In this document: in pieces, positions 1 to 7,827 of the stretch
How positions within the stretch are numbered: the stretch's first letter is position 1
Layout: the number at the start of each line of letters is the position of its first letter
NCBI GenBank assembly: GCA_044344255.1
Contig: JBIJDH010000005.1
Location: 160,001 to 224,000, forward strand
DNA length: 64,000 nucleotides
Direction: 5' to 3'
From: Myxococcota bacterium
GTDB lineage: Bacteria > Myxococcota_A > UBA796 > UBA2385
Notes under the pieces: generated by a model
Told to the model about the DNA's origin: nothing
The model's input: only the letters and a program-made list of their open reading frames with translations
The model's database searches: none
Made by a program: the position numbers and the translations under genes

Positions 1-372
1 CTCCCGGCCATGACCGAGGCCATGCTGGGGGCCGGCCTCGAGGAGGAGGCCGTCCAGGCCCTCTTCGCGCGCATGGCCGAGGACCCGGACGCCGCCTTCG
101 AGGCCCTGCGCGGGCTCCTCTTCGAGGTCTCCCTCGCCCTCTACCGGGCCCCCGACCTCGACGCCGCCGCCGCCGTCCTCGCCGCCGCCGCGGAGCACCC
201 CTTCGCCGGCCTGCTGCACCACTACGCGCTCTCGGCCTGGGTGCTCTACGCCCGGGCCTACGCCGGCCCCGAGCGGGAGGTGGACCCTGCGGTGGAGCTC
301 GACCGCGCCCTGCGGGCGGCCCCGGTGGCCCTCGACCACCTGGCCCAGGCCTGGCTGCGCGGTGGTGGGTGA
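1..372 (+). CDS. Hypothetical protein, C-terminal part (5' end lies outside the window)
   Basis: Frame is open from base 1 to TGA 370-372, with strong G/C third-position codon bias and helical, protein-like sequence (LLHHYALSAWVLYARAY). No family recognised. Confidence 0.7.
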   Translation, partial: LPAMTEAMLGAGLEEEAVQALFARMAEDPDAAFEALRGLLFEVSLALYRAPDLDAAAAVLAAAAEHPFAGLLHHYALSAWVLYARAYAGPEREVDPAVELDRALRAAPVALDHLAQAWLRGGG

Positions 373-560
373 GCGTGGGGCACGTCCGCCCGCGGCCCGC
401 GAGTCGGCACGCGCTGGCGGCGGCCGCCCTGGGGATGGACCTCGGCAGCCCCTTTCAGCGGAGCCGCGGGGGCCCGGGGGGTTGGTGGATCCTCTCCGAG
501 CCCGAGCTGCACCTGGGCGGTGACGTGCTCGTGCCTGAAGGTTCCCGAGATTGGGCGTAG
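369..560 (+). pseudogene. Truncated Uma2-family (PD-(D/E)XK) endonuclease fragment
   Basis: PRPASRH...GGPGGWWILSEPELHLGGDVLVP matches the typical myxobacterial Uma2 segment. Similarity stops at VLVP, just before the expected catalytic PD(L)AGW, and the N-terminus is also missing. Confidence 0.7.
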
Positions 561-886
561 CGTGGCGTCAAGGTCCAGGACGCAGGCCCCGCTCTCGCAG
601 ACAGGAGGGGGATCGTCGCATTCGTCGGCGTCCGTGTAGGTGGCCTCGGGGAGGAATGTGGAGAACGACACCTTCGGTGTCGTCCGCATAGGCGGTCGAC
701 AGGGTCCCCGTGGACTCGTCGGAGAAGGTCAACATGAGGGCCTCATTCGAGCTCGTCGTCGCTGCTGCTGGATCGTTCGGGAGGGTCGGCTGCCGGGCGC
801 CCAACGGCCTGCGAGGCCCCAGAGGAGGGGGAGCCCTGTCCATCGCCCTCGGTGCCCACCGCCGCGGGCGGCGATAGCTCAGCCGG

Positions 887-2122
887 ATGGTGAGCCCCGT
901 CCCTCCTCGCACCTCGCTCGGCCGTGACTGGCTCGTGCGGCTCCGTTGGGGGCAGCTCGTCGGGCTCTCGGCCACCGCGCTCTTTGGGGCCTTTGGGCTC
1001 GACCTCTCGCCGCAGCCCGCGGTGCTGGTGGGGCTGCTGGTGGCCATGGTGGCCTCGAACCTGGCCCTCGGGAGGAGCGAGCGGGAGGGCGCGCTCCCGG
1101 CGGCGATGCTGCTCGACCTTGGGCTGCTCACGGGGCTCTTGCTCGTGTCGGGCGGGGCGTCGAACCCCTTCAGCGTGCTCTACCTGCTGCACGTGGCGCT
1201 GGCGGCGGTGCTGTTGAGCCCGGGGTGGACCTCTGTCTTCACGCTGCTGGCGGTGCTCGGCTTCGGCGGGCTCTTCCCCTTTACGGACCCCCACGCCATG
1301 CACAAGGGCGGGGCGGGCGTGATGGCGGCTCACCTGTGGGGGATGTGGGCGGCCTTCGCGGTGACGGGGGCGGGCATCTCCTGGTTCGTCGCCCGCCTCG
1401 CCCGCGCGCTCCGAGATCGGGAGGCCGAGCTCGAGGGCCTCCGGCGGGATCGGGAGACGCGGGAGCGGGTGCTCAGCCTCGGCACCCTGGCGGCGGGGGC
1501 GGCGCATGAGCTCGGCTCGCCGCTCGCCGCGGTGGCGGTCTCGGCGCGGGAGGTGGAGTGGATGGCGGGCGACAACGTCGAGCTCCGCGAGGAGGCACGC
1601 TCGATCCGCGCGGCGGTCGAGCGGTGTAAGTCGATCGTCGGGCGGCTCACCCAGCGGGCCGGGGCCGGGCGGGCCGAGGCGGCGGAGGAGGTGGAGCTGT
1701 ACGGAATGTTATCGGCGTTACGCGATGAGCTCTCGCCAAAGGAGGCAGAGCGCTTGCGCCTCCCTGCCCCGGGCGAGGCAGCGTCGGTGCGCGCGCCGCC
1801 CGTGGCCCTGGCCGAGGCGCTGCGCTCCGTGCTCTCCAACGCCCTCCGCGCCGGCCCTGGGGAGGTCCGCGTGGAGGTCCGGGCCGAGGGGGCGACGCTC
1901 CGCCTGGAGGTGCAGGACGTGGGTGAGGGGATGGCGGCGGCCGTCCTGGCCCGGGCTGGTGAGCCCTTCTTCACCACCCGCCCGACCGGCGAAGGCATGG
2001 GCCTCGGCCTCTTCCTGGCTCGGCAGACCCTCGAGGGCCTGGGCGGCACCCTGCGCCTGCGGTCGAGCGCGGGGCGCGGTACGCAGGTCGAGCTGGTCAT
2101 CCCGCGGAGGAGCGAAGAATGA
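887..2122 (+). CDS. regB: RegB/PrrB/ActS-family membrane sensor histidine kinase
   Basis: LVRLRW start, several TM helices, GGxxNPF motif (SGGASNPF), HLWGMW, H-box AAGAAHELGSP, ERC Cys, HATPase N/G/F boxes (DVGEG, EPFFTT, GMGLGL). Confidence 0.9.
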   Translation: MVSPVPPRTSLGRDWLVRLRWGQLVGLSATALFGAFGLDLSPQPAVLVGLLVAMVASNLALGRSEREGALPAAMLLDLGLLTGLLLVSGGASNPFSVLYLLHVALAAVLLSPGWTSVFTLLAVLGFGGLFPFTDPHAMHKGGAGVMAAHLWGMWAAFAVTGAGISWFVARLARALRDREAELEGLRRDRETRERVLSLGTLAAGAAHELGSPLAAVAVSAREVEWMAGDNVELREEARSIRAAVERCKSIVGRLTQRAGAGRAEAAEEVELYGMLSALRDELSPKEAERLRLPAPGEAASVRAPPVALAEALRSVLSNALRAGPGEVRVEVRAEGATLRLEVQDVGEGMAAAVLARAGEPFFTTRPTGEGMGLGLFLARQTLEGLGGTLRLRSSAGRGTQVELVIPRRSEE

Positions 2123-2721
2123 GCGTGTCCAGGTCGGCGGCGCCGGTCGTAGGGGAGGGGCGCAGCCTGCTCTTCGTGGAGGACGATGAGGCGCTGCGGG
2201 GCCGCCTCGCCCAGGCCCTGCGCCGCCGGGGCTTCGAGGTGACCGCCGTGGGCACCGCCGCCGAGGCGCGGGCCGAGGCGGCGCAGGAGAGCCCCGAGCT
2301 GGCCCTGCTCGACCTCCGCCTCCCCGATGAGGACGGCCTCGCCCTGGCGGCCTCGCTGCACGCCCTCGACCCCCGCACCCTCATCGTCATCCTCACCGGC
2401 TACGGCAGCATCCCCACGGCGCTGGAGGCGGTGCGGGTGGGCGTGACCTGGTTCATCACGAAGCCGGCGGACGCCGATGACGTGCTCGCGGCCTTCGCGC
2501 GCGGCGATGAGGGGCTGCGCCAGGCCCTCGGCCTCCCCGAGCCGGAGTCCCGGGCCGAGGTGGCGCCCCGCCCGGCGCCGACGCTGGCGCGCCTCGAGTG
2601 GGAGCACATCCAGCGGGTCCTCGCCGACTGCGGCGGCAACATCAGCCACGCCGCCGAGGCCCTCGGCCTGCACCGGCGCACGCTGCAGCGGAAGCTCTCG
2701 AAGCGGCCGAACCTCCGCTGA
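2119..2721 (+). CDS. regA: RegA/PrrA/ActR-family response regulator (receiver + Fis-type HTH)
   Basis: Receiver motifs VEDD, LLDLRL, LTGYG, KP. C-terminus LEWEHIQRVL..CGGNISHAAEALGLHRRTLQRKLSK. ATGA overlap with the kinase. Confidence 0.92.
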   Translation: MSVSRSAAPVVGEGRSLLFVEDDEALRGRLAQALRRRGFEVTAVGTAAEARAEAAQESPELALLDLRLPDEDGLALAASLHALDPRTLIVILTGYGSIPTALEAVRVGVTWFITKPADADDVLAAFARGDEGLRQALGLPEPESRAEVAPRPAPTLARLEWEHIQRVLADCGGNISHAAEALGLHRRTLQRKLSKRPNLR

Positions 2722-2737
2722 GCCCGGGGGCCTGGGT

Positions 2738-2752
2738 GCGACAACAGGCCGC
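2738..2752. promoter_or_regulatory. RegA/RegR-type binding box
   Basis: GCGAC-AACAG-GCCGC is the reverse complement of GCGGC-N5-GTCGC. It lies about 90 bp upstream of the lipoprotein gene at 2842. Confidence 0.7.
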
Positions 2753-2841
2753 AGCGCCCGCGCCGGGTGGCGTGGATAGGCGGGTCCAGCGCTCGGGGGG
2801 CCCTCCTCCGAGGCCCCTCCTCGTCGCGTCCGGAGTGATCC

Positions 2842-3246
2842 ATGGTGCTGTTCCTGCTGCTCTTCGCCTGCAACAAGGGGGGTGACACCGGTGAGGCGGC
2901 CACGGCGCCCACGGTCGAGTGGCTCAACCCCATCGAGGGGGACAGCCTCACGGCGGGGCCACAGGCGGCCTCCCTGCTCGTTGAGCACTTCTCGCTCGTC
3001 GATCCGGCCAAACACAGCGAGGGCGGCGCGGCTGGGTACGTCGGCGTCTCGGTGGACGGCGCGGAGGTGCTGCTCACCGGCAGCACCACCTTTGAGTTCG
3101 ATCTCGTGGCCGGCGCCCACGAGATCGCCGCGACGCTGTACTACGACGACGGCGATGAGGTGAGCGCCAAGGACGGGCTCCTCTGTGAGGAGGGTGACGC
3201 CGGCTGCGCGACGGTCGAGGCGGTCGTCGCGGTCACCGTGAACTGA
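2842..3246 (+). CDS. Small predicted lipoprotein, beta-rich, unknown function
   Basis: Hydrophobic N-terminus ending in lipobox-like LFAC; GGAG upstream; acidic, with a C-terminal Cys pair. Confidence 0.75.
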   Translation: MVLFLLLFACNKGGDTGEAATAPTVEWLNPIEGDSLTAGPQAASLLVEHFSLVDPAKHSEGGAAGYVGVSVDGAEVLLTGSTTFEFDLVAGAHEIAATLYYDDGDEVSAKDGLLCEEGDAGCATVEAVVAVTVN

Positions 3247-3283
3247 AGGGGAGCGGCGCCCGCGTCCCGCCGACAGGTGGGCC

Positions 3284-4165
3284 TCAGGGCGTCCACAGGA
3301 CGCCCAGCCGCCCGTTGATCCAGGCGGGGGCCGCGCGGCCGAGCCCGCCGCCTGGCAGCTCGGCGCTGAGCGAGGGCAGGAGGCGGAGGGAGGGGCTCGG
3401 GCGGTAGGGCAGGGAGAGGCCGAGCTCGGCGGCCCAGGCCCCGCCCGTGTCGAACCAGGGGGCGGCGACGCCGAGCAGGTCGAGGCCCTCGGTGAGCGTC
3501 CAGCCGGCCACGAGGCTCGGGCGGAGGCGGTGCCCCGCGCCCGCCTCGAAGGGGTGCTGCCAGCCGAGGCCGAGCGCGTAGGGCCCCTGGCCGCTCCGGC
3601 CCTCATAGGACAGCGCGGCCGAGCCCACCAGCGCCCCGGCGCCGTGGACGTCGGCCCCCGTGACACCGTTGGCCTCGGCGGCCGAGCCGCCCGTCGGGAG
3701 GCTGAGGGCGACGGACAGGGCAGGGTCCCAGAGGTGGGGGCGCGGATCGCGGCCGCCGTCGCGGCGCGCCGACAGGCTGAGGTCCGCGAGGCCGAGATCG
3801 GCCTCCGCGGCGTCGCCGAGGCGATGGTCGAGGCGCTCCACCGGTAAGCCGGCTCCGAGCTGGAGCCGATCGGCCACCCGGAGCAGGAGCGCGGGCTGGA
3901 GCTGCAGCGCGCGGCGGTGGTCGGCCCCCGCCGGCGCCCAGGCGCCGTCGAGGCCATGGTTCCCCGTCCAGGCCCCGGCGCGGACGCCGAGGGCGAAGCC
4001 GAGGCGCTCCTCCGCGCCGAGCACCTCGGGGCTGGCGCCGCCGGCGGGCAGGCAGCAGGTGGCGGCTCGCGCAGATCCGCCCGTGAGCAGCCCCCCCGCC
4101 AACAGCGCGCCCCAGCGGCTGAGCCCGTGCGGCCGGTCGCGGGAGGCTCGAAGGGGAGGGGTCAC
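3284..4165 (-). CDS. Exported, probable outer-membrane beta-barrel/transporter-like protein
   Basis: Signal peptide (ARA-ATCC), alternating beta-strand patterns, LADLSL and LSLPTG segments, aromatic C-terminus (GVLWTP). 4-bp overlap with the upstream gene. Confidence 0.6.
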   Translation of the reverse strand: MTPPLRASRDRPHGLSRWGALLAGGLLTGGSARAATCCLPAGGASPEVLGAEERLGFALGVRAGAWTGNHGLDGAWAPAGADHRRALQLQPALLLRVADRLQLGAGLPVERLDHRLGDAAEADLGLADLSLSARRDGGRDPRPHLWDPALSVALSLPTGGSAAEANGVTGADVHGAGALVGSAALSYEGRSGQGPYALGLGWQHPFEAGAGHRLRPSLVAGWTLTEGLDLLGVAAPWFDTGGAWAAELGLSLPYRPSPSLRLLPSLSAELPGGGLGRAAPAWINGRLGVLWTP

Positions 4166-4551
4166 TCGACCTCGATCGTCAGCGTGTAACCTTCTGTTAT
4201 GGAGCCGTCGGACACCTCGCCCTCGATCTCCCAGGCGCCCGCCATGCTGAAGGAGAGAGGCACGGCGTAGTCCCCCTCCCCCTGCTCTTCGGCGGCCGTG
4301 GCCTCACCGCCGTGGTCCATGCCGCTCATGCTGGCGAGGGCGGTGACGACGAGCCCGGTCGCCGGCTCCCCCTCGGCCTCGACGTGGAGGTGCAGGGTCG
4401 ACTCGCCCTCCGAGAGCGGCGCCTCCGCGGTGGAGACGATCCAGGTGCCGCCGTCCGTCTCGGCATCGAGCACGAGCGTGTCGGGGCCGCAGGCGGCGAG
4501 CAGGAGGAGGGTGGGGGAGGCCAGGAGACGGGCGGTGCGGTGCGTGGACAT
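4162..4551 (-). CDS. YtkA/FixH-like lipoprotein, probable Cu-binding
   Basis: ATG at 4551; lipobox LAAC; MSGMDHG and GDY...SFSMAGAWEI motifs typical of YtkA-like domains. Confidence 0.8.
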   Translation of the reverse strand: MSTHRTARLLASPTLLLLAACGPDTLVLDAETDGGTWIVSTAEAPLSEGESTLHLHVEAEGEPATGLVVTALASMSGMDHGGEATAAEEQGEGDYAVPLSFSMAGAWEIEGEVSDGSITEGYTLTIEVE

Positions 4552-4585
4552 GGGGCCTGGGTAGCGCGGCCGGCGCCGCCCGTGG

Positions 4586-4642
4586 ATGCGGCAAGGTGTC
4601 GCGGCCGCGGCGACGCTCAAGGGCTGCGACACCCTGCCGCAT
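4586..4642. promoter_or_regulatory. Divergent promoter region with two oppositely oriented RegA/RegR-type boxes
   Basis: GCGGC-AAGGT-GTCGC at 4588-4602 and GCGAC-ACCCT-GCCGC at 4626-4640. With flanks they form a 21-bp inverted repeat with 2 mismatches (4586-4606 / 4622-4642). Confidence 0.75.
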
Positions 4643-4700
4643 GGGTGGGTCTCAGGCGAGCGGGTAGACGACTGGCTACCCTCTCTCCGTGAGCCCGCCG

Positions 4701-5597
4701 ATGCGCGACACCCTTGCCCTGTCTGTCCTCCTCACCCTCGCCGCCCCGCTCGCTTGCTCCGGCGACAAGGCAGACACGGGCTCCTCGGGCGGTCACCACG
4801 ATGGCGGATCAGACAGCGGGGGCGCGGAGGGGGTCGCCACCACCATTCAGTTCAGCGCGGGTGCGGGGGACACCCCCTTCTCCTGCACGACCCCGCTCAC
4901 CGGGCTCGGCCTCACGGCGACCACGTGGACGCCCTCCGATCTTCGGCTCTACCTCCATGGCTTCTCGCTGATCGACGCCGCCGGGGAGGCGACGCCCCTG
5001 ATCCTCGAACAGGATGGCCTCTGGCAGGTCGAAGACGTCGTGCTGCTCGACTTCGAAGACAAGACCGGGACCTGCTCCAACGGCACCACCGACCGGAATG
5101 ACCGGGTGGTGGGCACCGCCCCCGCGGGCGAGTGGACGGGCCTCCGCTTCTCGGTCGGTGTGCCCTTTGCGCTCAACCACGGCGACGCCGCCACCGCCCC
5201 TTCGCCCCTCAACCTGAGCTCGATGTTCTGGGGCTGGGAGGGCGGCTACAAGTTTGTGCGCATCGACGGCAGCAGCACGGGGCAGCCCGCGGTGCTCACC
5301 CACATCGGCTCGACGGGCTGCGTGGCGGGGGACGACGGCGAGATCACCGACTGCGCCCAGGAGAACGTCTCGACCCTGACGATCGAGGGCTTCGACCCTG
5401 CCGTGAACACCCTGCGGCTCGATCTGGCCGGCCTCTTCGCGGGCACTGACCTCGACGCCAACGCCGACGGCACCATGGGCATCTGCATGTCCGAGCCCTC
5501 CGATCCCGACTGCGGGCCGATCTTCGCGGCGCTCGGCATCGGCTTCGGCGGCGCGGCGGCAGACCCCACCGCGCAGACCACCTTCGTGGTGGAGTGA
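4701..5597 (+). CDS. mbnP: MbnP-family copper-binding lipoprotein
   Basis: Lipobox LAC; DLRLY, LLDFED..GTC, GVPFALNH, PLN..SMFWGWEGGYKF (WxW motif), HIGSTGC, CMS....PDC. Confidence 0.9.
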   Translation: MRDTLALSVLLTLAAPLACSGDKADTGSSGGHHDGGSDSGGAEGVATTIQFSAGAGDTPFSCTTPLTGLGLTATTWTPSDLRLYLHGFSLIDAAGEATPLILEQDGLWQVEDVVLLDFEDKTGTCSNGTTDRNDRVVGTAPAGEWTGLRFSVGVPFALNHGDAATAPSPLNLSSMFWGWEGGYKFVRIDGSSTGQPAVLTHIGSTGCVAGDDGEITDCAQENVSTLTIEGFDPAVNTLRLDLAGLFAGTDLDANADGTMGICMSEPSDPDCGPIFAALGIGFGGAAADPTAQTTFVVE

Positions 5598-6751
5598 GCG
5601 TGCGGGCCGCCGCGCTCGGGCTCCTGCTGCTCGCCTGCGCCGACAAGGGGGCCCGGAGCGGTGACTCGGACGCCGCCGACGGTTGGGACTGGGGCCTCCC
5701 CGAGGGCTTCCCCGAGCCGAACGTGCCCGTGGACAACCCCATGAGCGCCGCCAAGGTGGAGCTCGGCCGGTACCTCTTCTACGACGTGCGCCTCTCCTAC
5801 AACGAGACCCAGTCCTGCGGCACCTGCCACGAGCAGGACAAGGCCTTCACCGACGGGCGCGCCCAGGCCGAGGGCTCTACCGGCGAGGCGCACCGCCGCG
5901 GCTCGATGGCCCTCGGCAACGTCGCCTGGGCCTCGGGCCTCACCTGGGCCAGCGTCTCCGTGCGCACCCTCGAGGACCAGGCGCTGCTGCCGCTCTTCGG
6001 CGAGCACCCGGTCGAGCTCGGCATGGCGGGGCACGAGGATGAGCTCCTGCGGCGCTTCGCGGAGGACGCCGGTTACCGCGCGCTCTTCGGTGAGGTGTGG
6101 CCGGAGGACGCCGCGCCGGTCACCCTCGCCCACCTCGCCCAGGCCATCGCCGCCTTCGAGCGCTCGCTCGTCACCGCCGGCTCCCCCTACGACCGCTTCC
6201 GCTACGCCGATGACCCGGGCGCGATGTCGGCCTCGGCCCGTCAGGGGATGGGGCTCTTCTTCAGCGAAGAGCTGGAGTGCTTCCACTGCCACGGAGACCC
6301 GCTCTTCACGGACTCCACGGAGACGGCGACCTCCACCTTCGAGGAGCTCTTCTTCCACAACACCGGGCTCTACAACGTGGACGGGGCCGGCGCCTATCCA
6401 GAGCGGGATCAGGGCATCTTCGAGCAGACCGGCCTCGCGCTCGACATGGGGCGCTTCCGGGCGCCGCCGCTGCGCAACGTGGCGCTCACCGCGCCCTACA
6501 TGCACGACGGATCGATCCCGACGCTCGAGCTGGTGCTCGACCACTACGCGGCCGGCGGGCGGACCGTCTCGTCGGGGGAGGACGCGGGTGTGGGGAGCGA
6601 GAGCCCGGTGAAGAGCGAGCTCATCCAGGGCTTTGACCTCGATGAGGCGGACCGACAGCGCGTGATCGACTTCCTCCACGCGCTGACCGACGAGGGCTTC
6701 CTCACCGACGCGCGCTTCGGGCCGCCCGACTCCGCCTCTCCCCCGCTGTGA
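5594..6751 (+). CDS. mbnH: MbnH-family di-heme (MauG/CcpA-like) enzyme
   Basis: Two CxxCH motifs (CGTCH, CFHCH); NPMSAAKVELGRYLFYD; FRAPPLRNVALTAPYMHDGS. GTGA overlap with mbnP. Confidence 0.9.
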   Translation: MSVRAAALGLLLLACADKGARSGDSDAADGWDWGLPEGFPEPNVPVDNPMSAAKVELGRYLFYDVRLSYNETQSCGTCHEQDKAFTDGRAQAEGSTGEAHRRGSMALGNVAWASGLTWASVSVRTLEDQALLPLFGEHPVELGMAGHEDELLRRFAEDAGYRALFGEVWPEDAAPVTLAHLAQAIAAFERSLVTAGSPYDRFRYADDPGAMSASARQGMGLFFSEELECFHCHGDPLFTDSTETATSTFEELFFHNTGLYNVDGAGAYPERDQGIFEQTGLALDMGRFRAPPLRNVALTAPYMHDGSIPTLELVLDHYAAGGRTVSSGEDAGVGSESPVKSELIQGFDLDEADRQRVIDFLHALTDEGFLTDARFGPPDSASPPL

Positions 6752-6794
6752 TGCTCCGCTGGGATTCTCCGCTGTGATTCTCCGCTGGGATGAG
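6743..6794. repeat. Tandem repeat, 4 x 13 bp (CCGCTGKGATKCT)
   Basis: Units ccgctgtgatgct, ccgctgggattct, ccgctgtgattct, ccgctgggatgag. The array begins across the mbnH stop codon. Confidence 0.85.
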
Positions 6795-6897
6795 CGCGGA
6801 CCCGGCCCGATGCGCGGCGCGGTGCGCGCTCATCGCCGGCGGCGCGAAGAGCTGGACATAGCGGAGGTTGAACCGTTCGGCGGGGGTGCGGGGCGCC

Positions 6898-6912
6898 TGG
6901 CACGGCGCGTGC
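6898..6912 (+). promoter_or_regulatory. Putative sigma54 (-24/-12) promoter
   Basis: TGGCACG-GCGC-GTGC versus consensus TGGCACG-N4-TTGC: one mismatch, correct GG-N10-GC spacing. About 50 bp upstream of the small ORF at 6964. Confidence 0.65.
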
Positions 6913-6963
6913 GAAAGGGTCCTGCACGCCAACCCGGCGCCCACCAACCCCTGGAGCCCCCCC

Positions 6964-7080
6964 ATGAACGCCCCCGTCAAGCCCGTCTTCGCCGCCTCCG
7001 CTCGCTCCACCCTCTCCGTCACCGTCAAGACCGGCATCCGCGCTGGCCGGGCCGCCGAGGAGGAGCAGAAGCGCGGCTGA
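6964..7080 (+). CDS. 38-aa peptide, candidate RiPP precursor (MNAPVKPVFAASARSTLSVTVKTGIRAGRAAEEEQKRG)
   Basis: ATG with GGAG 7 nt upstream; nearly all codons end in G/C; upstream promoter and downstream hairpin; followed by two peptide-modifying-type enzymes. Confidence 0.7.
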   Translation: MNAPVKPVFAASARSTLSVTVKTGIRAGRAAEEEQKRG

Positions 7081-7090
7081 GGGACAGAGA

Positions 7091-7117
7091 CGGAGCGGGT
7101 CGATTCGGCCCGCTCCG
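7091..7117 (+). terminator. GC-rich hairpin between the peptide gene and the enzyme genes (attenuator/stabiliser or leaky terminator)
   Basis: CGGAGCGGGTC pairs with GGCCCGCTCCG (one G-U pair); only a short T run follows. Confidence 0.6.
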
Positions 7118-7122
7118 GTCCT

Positions 7123-7827
7123 TTGGCTTCACTCGATCTCCCTCTCCCGCTCCCGCTCCCTCTCCCGCTCCCTCTCCCCGCGCTGCCGCTGCCGGAGCCC
7201 CTCGTGAGCCGCCCCTCTCCCCTTGGTCACTCCCCGATCCGGCTCTCCCAGCGCCCCGAGGTCTGGATGGTGGATGGGTTCATCGACCCCGGCACCGCCG
7301 CCGCCCTCTCCGCCCTGGGGAGGGACACCGAGCGTGCGCGGCTCGCGGAGAGTGAGCCCACGATCAACGAGACGGGCTTCTGCCTCGAGGTGCCGATCGA
7401 GGGGGCGCCCCTCCTCGAGACGCTCCGGGAGCGGATCGAGGGCCTCTTCGAGGTGCAGAGCGACGTCTACGACTGTATTCGGTATCGAAATTATCGACCG
7501 GGTGAGGGGCACCCCGCCCACCTCGACTGCTACGAGATCGAGGGGCGGGAGCTGATCGCCACGGCCCTCCTGTCCCTGCGGGACACGCCGGCCGGGGGAG
7601 AGACGGAGTTCACCGAGGTGGGCCTCGCTGTCCCTCCTCGCCTCGGTCGCCTGCTCTGCTGGTACAATCACAGCCCGGACGGCGCGCGGGACCCTCTCTC
7701 TCGCCACGGCGGCCTGCCGGTCATCGAGGGAGAGAAGGAGGTGCTCCTGTACTTCATCTACAAGCAGAAGGAGTACGCCGCCCACCGTCCCTTCGCTGCG
7801 GGCGAGACCGAGGTGGCGGGTGGATGA
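7123..7827 (+). CDS. 2OG-Fe(II) oxygenase, prolyl-4-hydroxylase-like
   Basis: YRPGEGHPAHLD (HxD), RELIATALLSL, GGETEF, DPLSRHGGLPVIEGEK (distal His and 2OG-binding Lys). Start codon (TTG) is uncertain. Confidence 0.85.
   Translation: MASLDLPLPLPLPLPLPLPALPLPEPLVSRPSPLGHSPIRLSQRPEVWMVDGFIDPGTAAALSALGRDTERARLAESEPTINETGFCLEVPIEGAPLLETLRERIEGLFEVQSDVYDCIRYRNYRPGEGHPAHLDCYEIEGRELIATALLSLRDTPAGGETEFTEVGLAVPPRLGRLLCWYNHSPDGARDPLSRHGGLPVIEGEKEVLLYFIYKQKEYAAHRPFAAGETEVAGG
7138..7179 (+). repeat. 6-bp tandem repeat encoding (Leu-Pro)7
   Basis: CTCCCN x7 at the N-terminus of the oxygenase ORF. Confidence 0.85.

Noticed and set aside
4701..6751. Methanobactin biosynthetic cluster
   Set aside because: Only mbnP/mbnH homologues are present; these commonly occur without methanobactin synthesis genes.
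6743..6794. Possible mini-CRISPR
   Set aside because: Units are 13 bp and contiguous, with no spacers and no cas genes.
6790..6861. 23-aa ORF MSADPARCAARCALIAGGAKSWT as a second precursor or MbnA-like peptide
   Set aside because: No clear SD, it lies upstream of the sigma54 site, it does not resemble the 6964 peptide, and no mbnB/mbnC is present.
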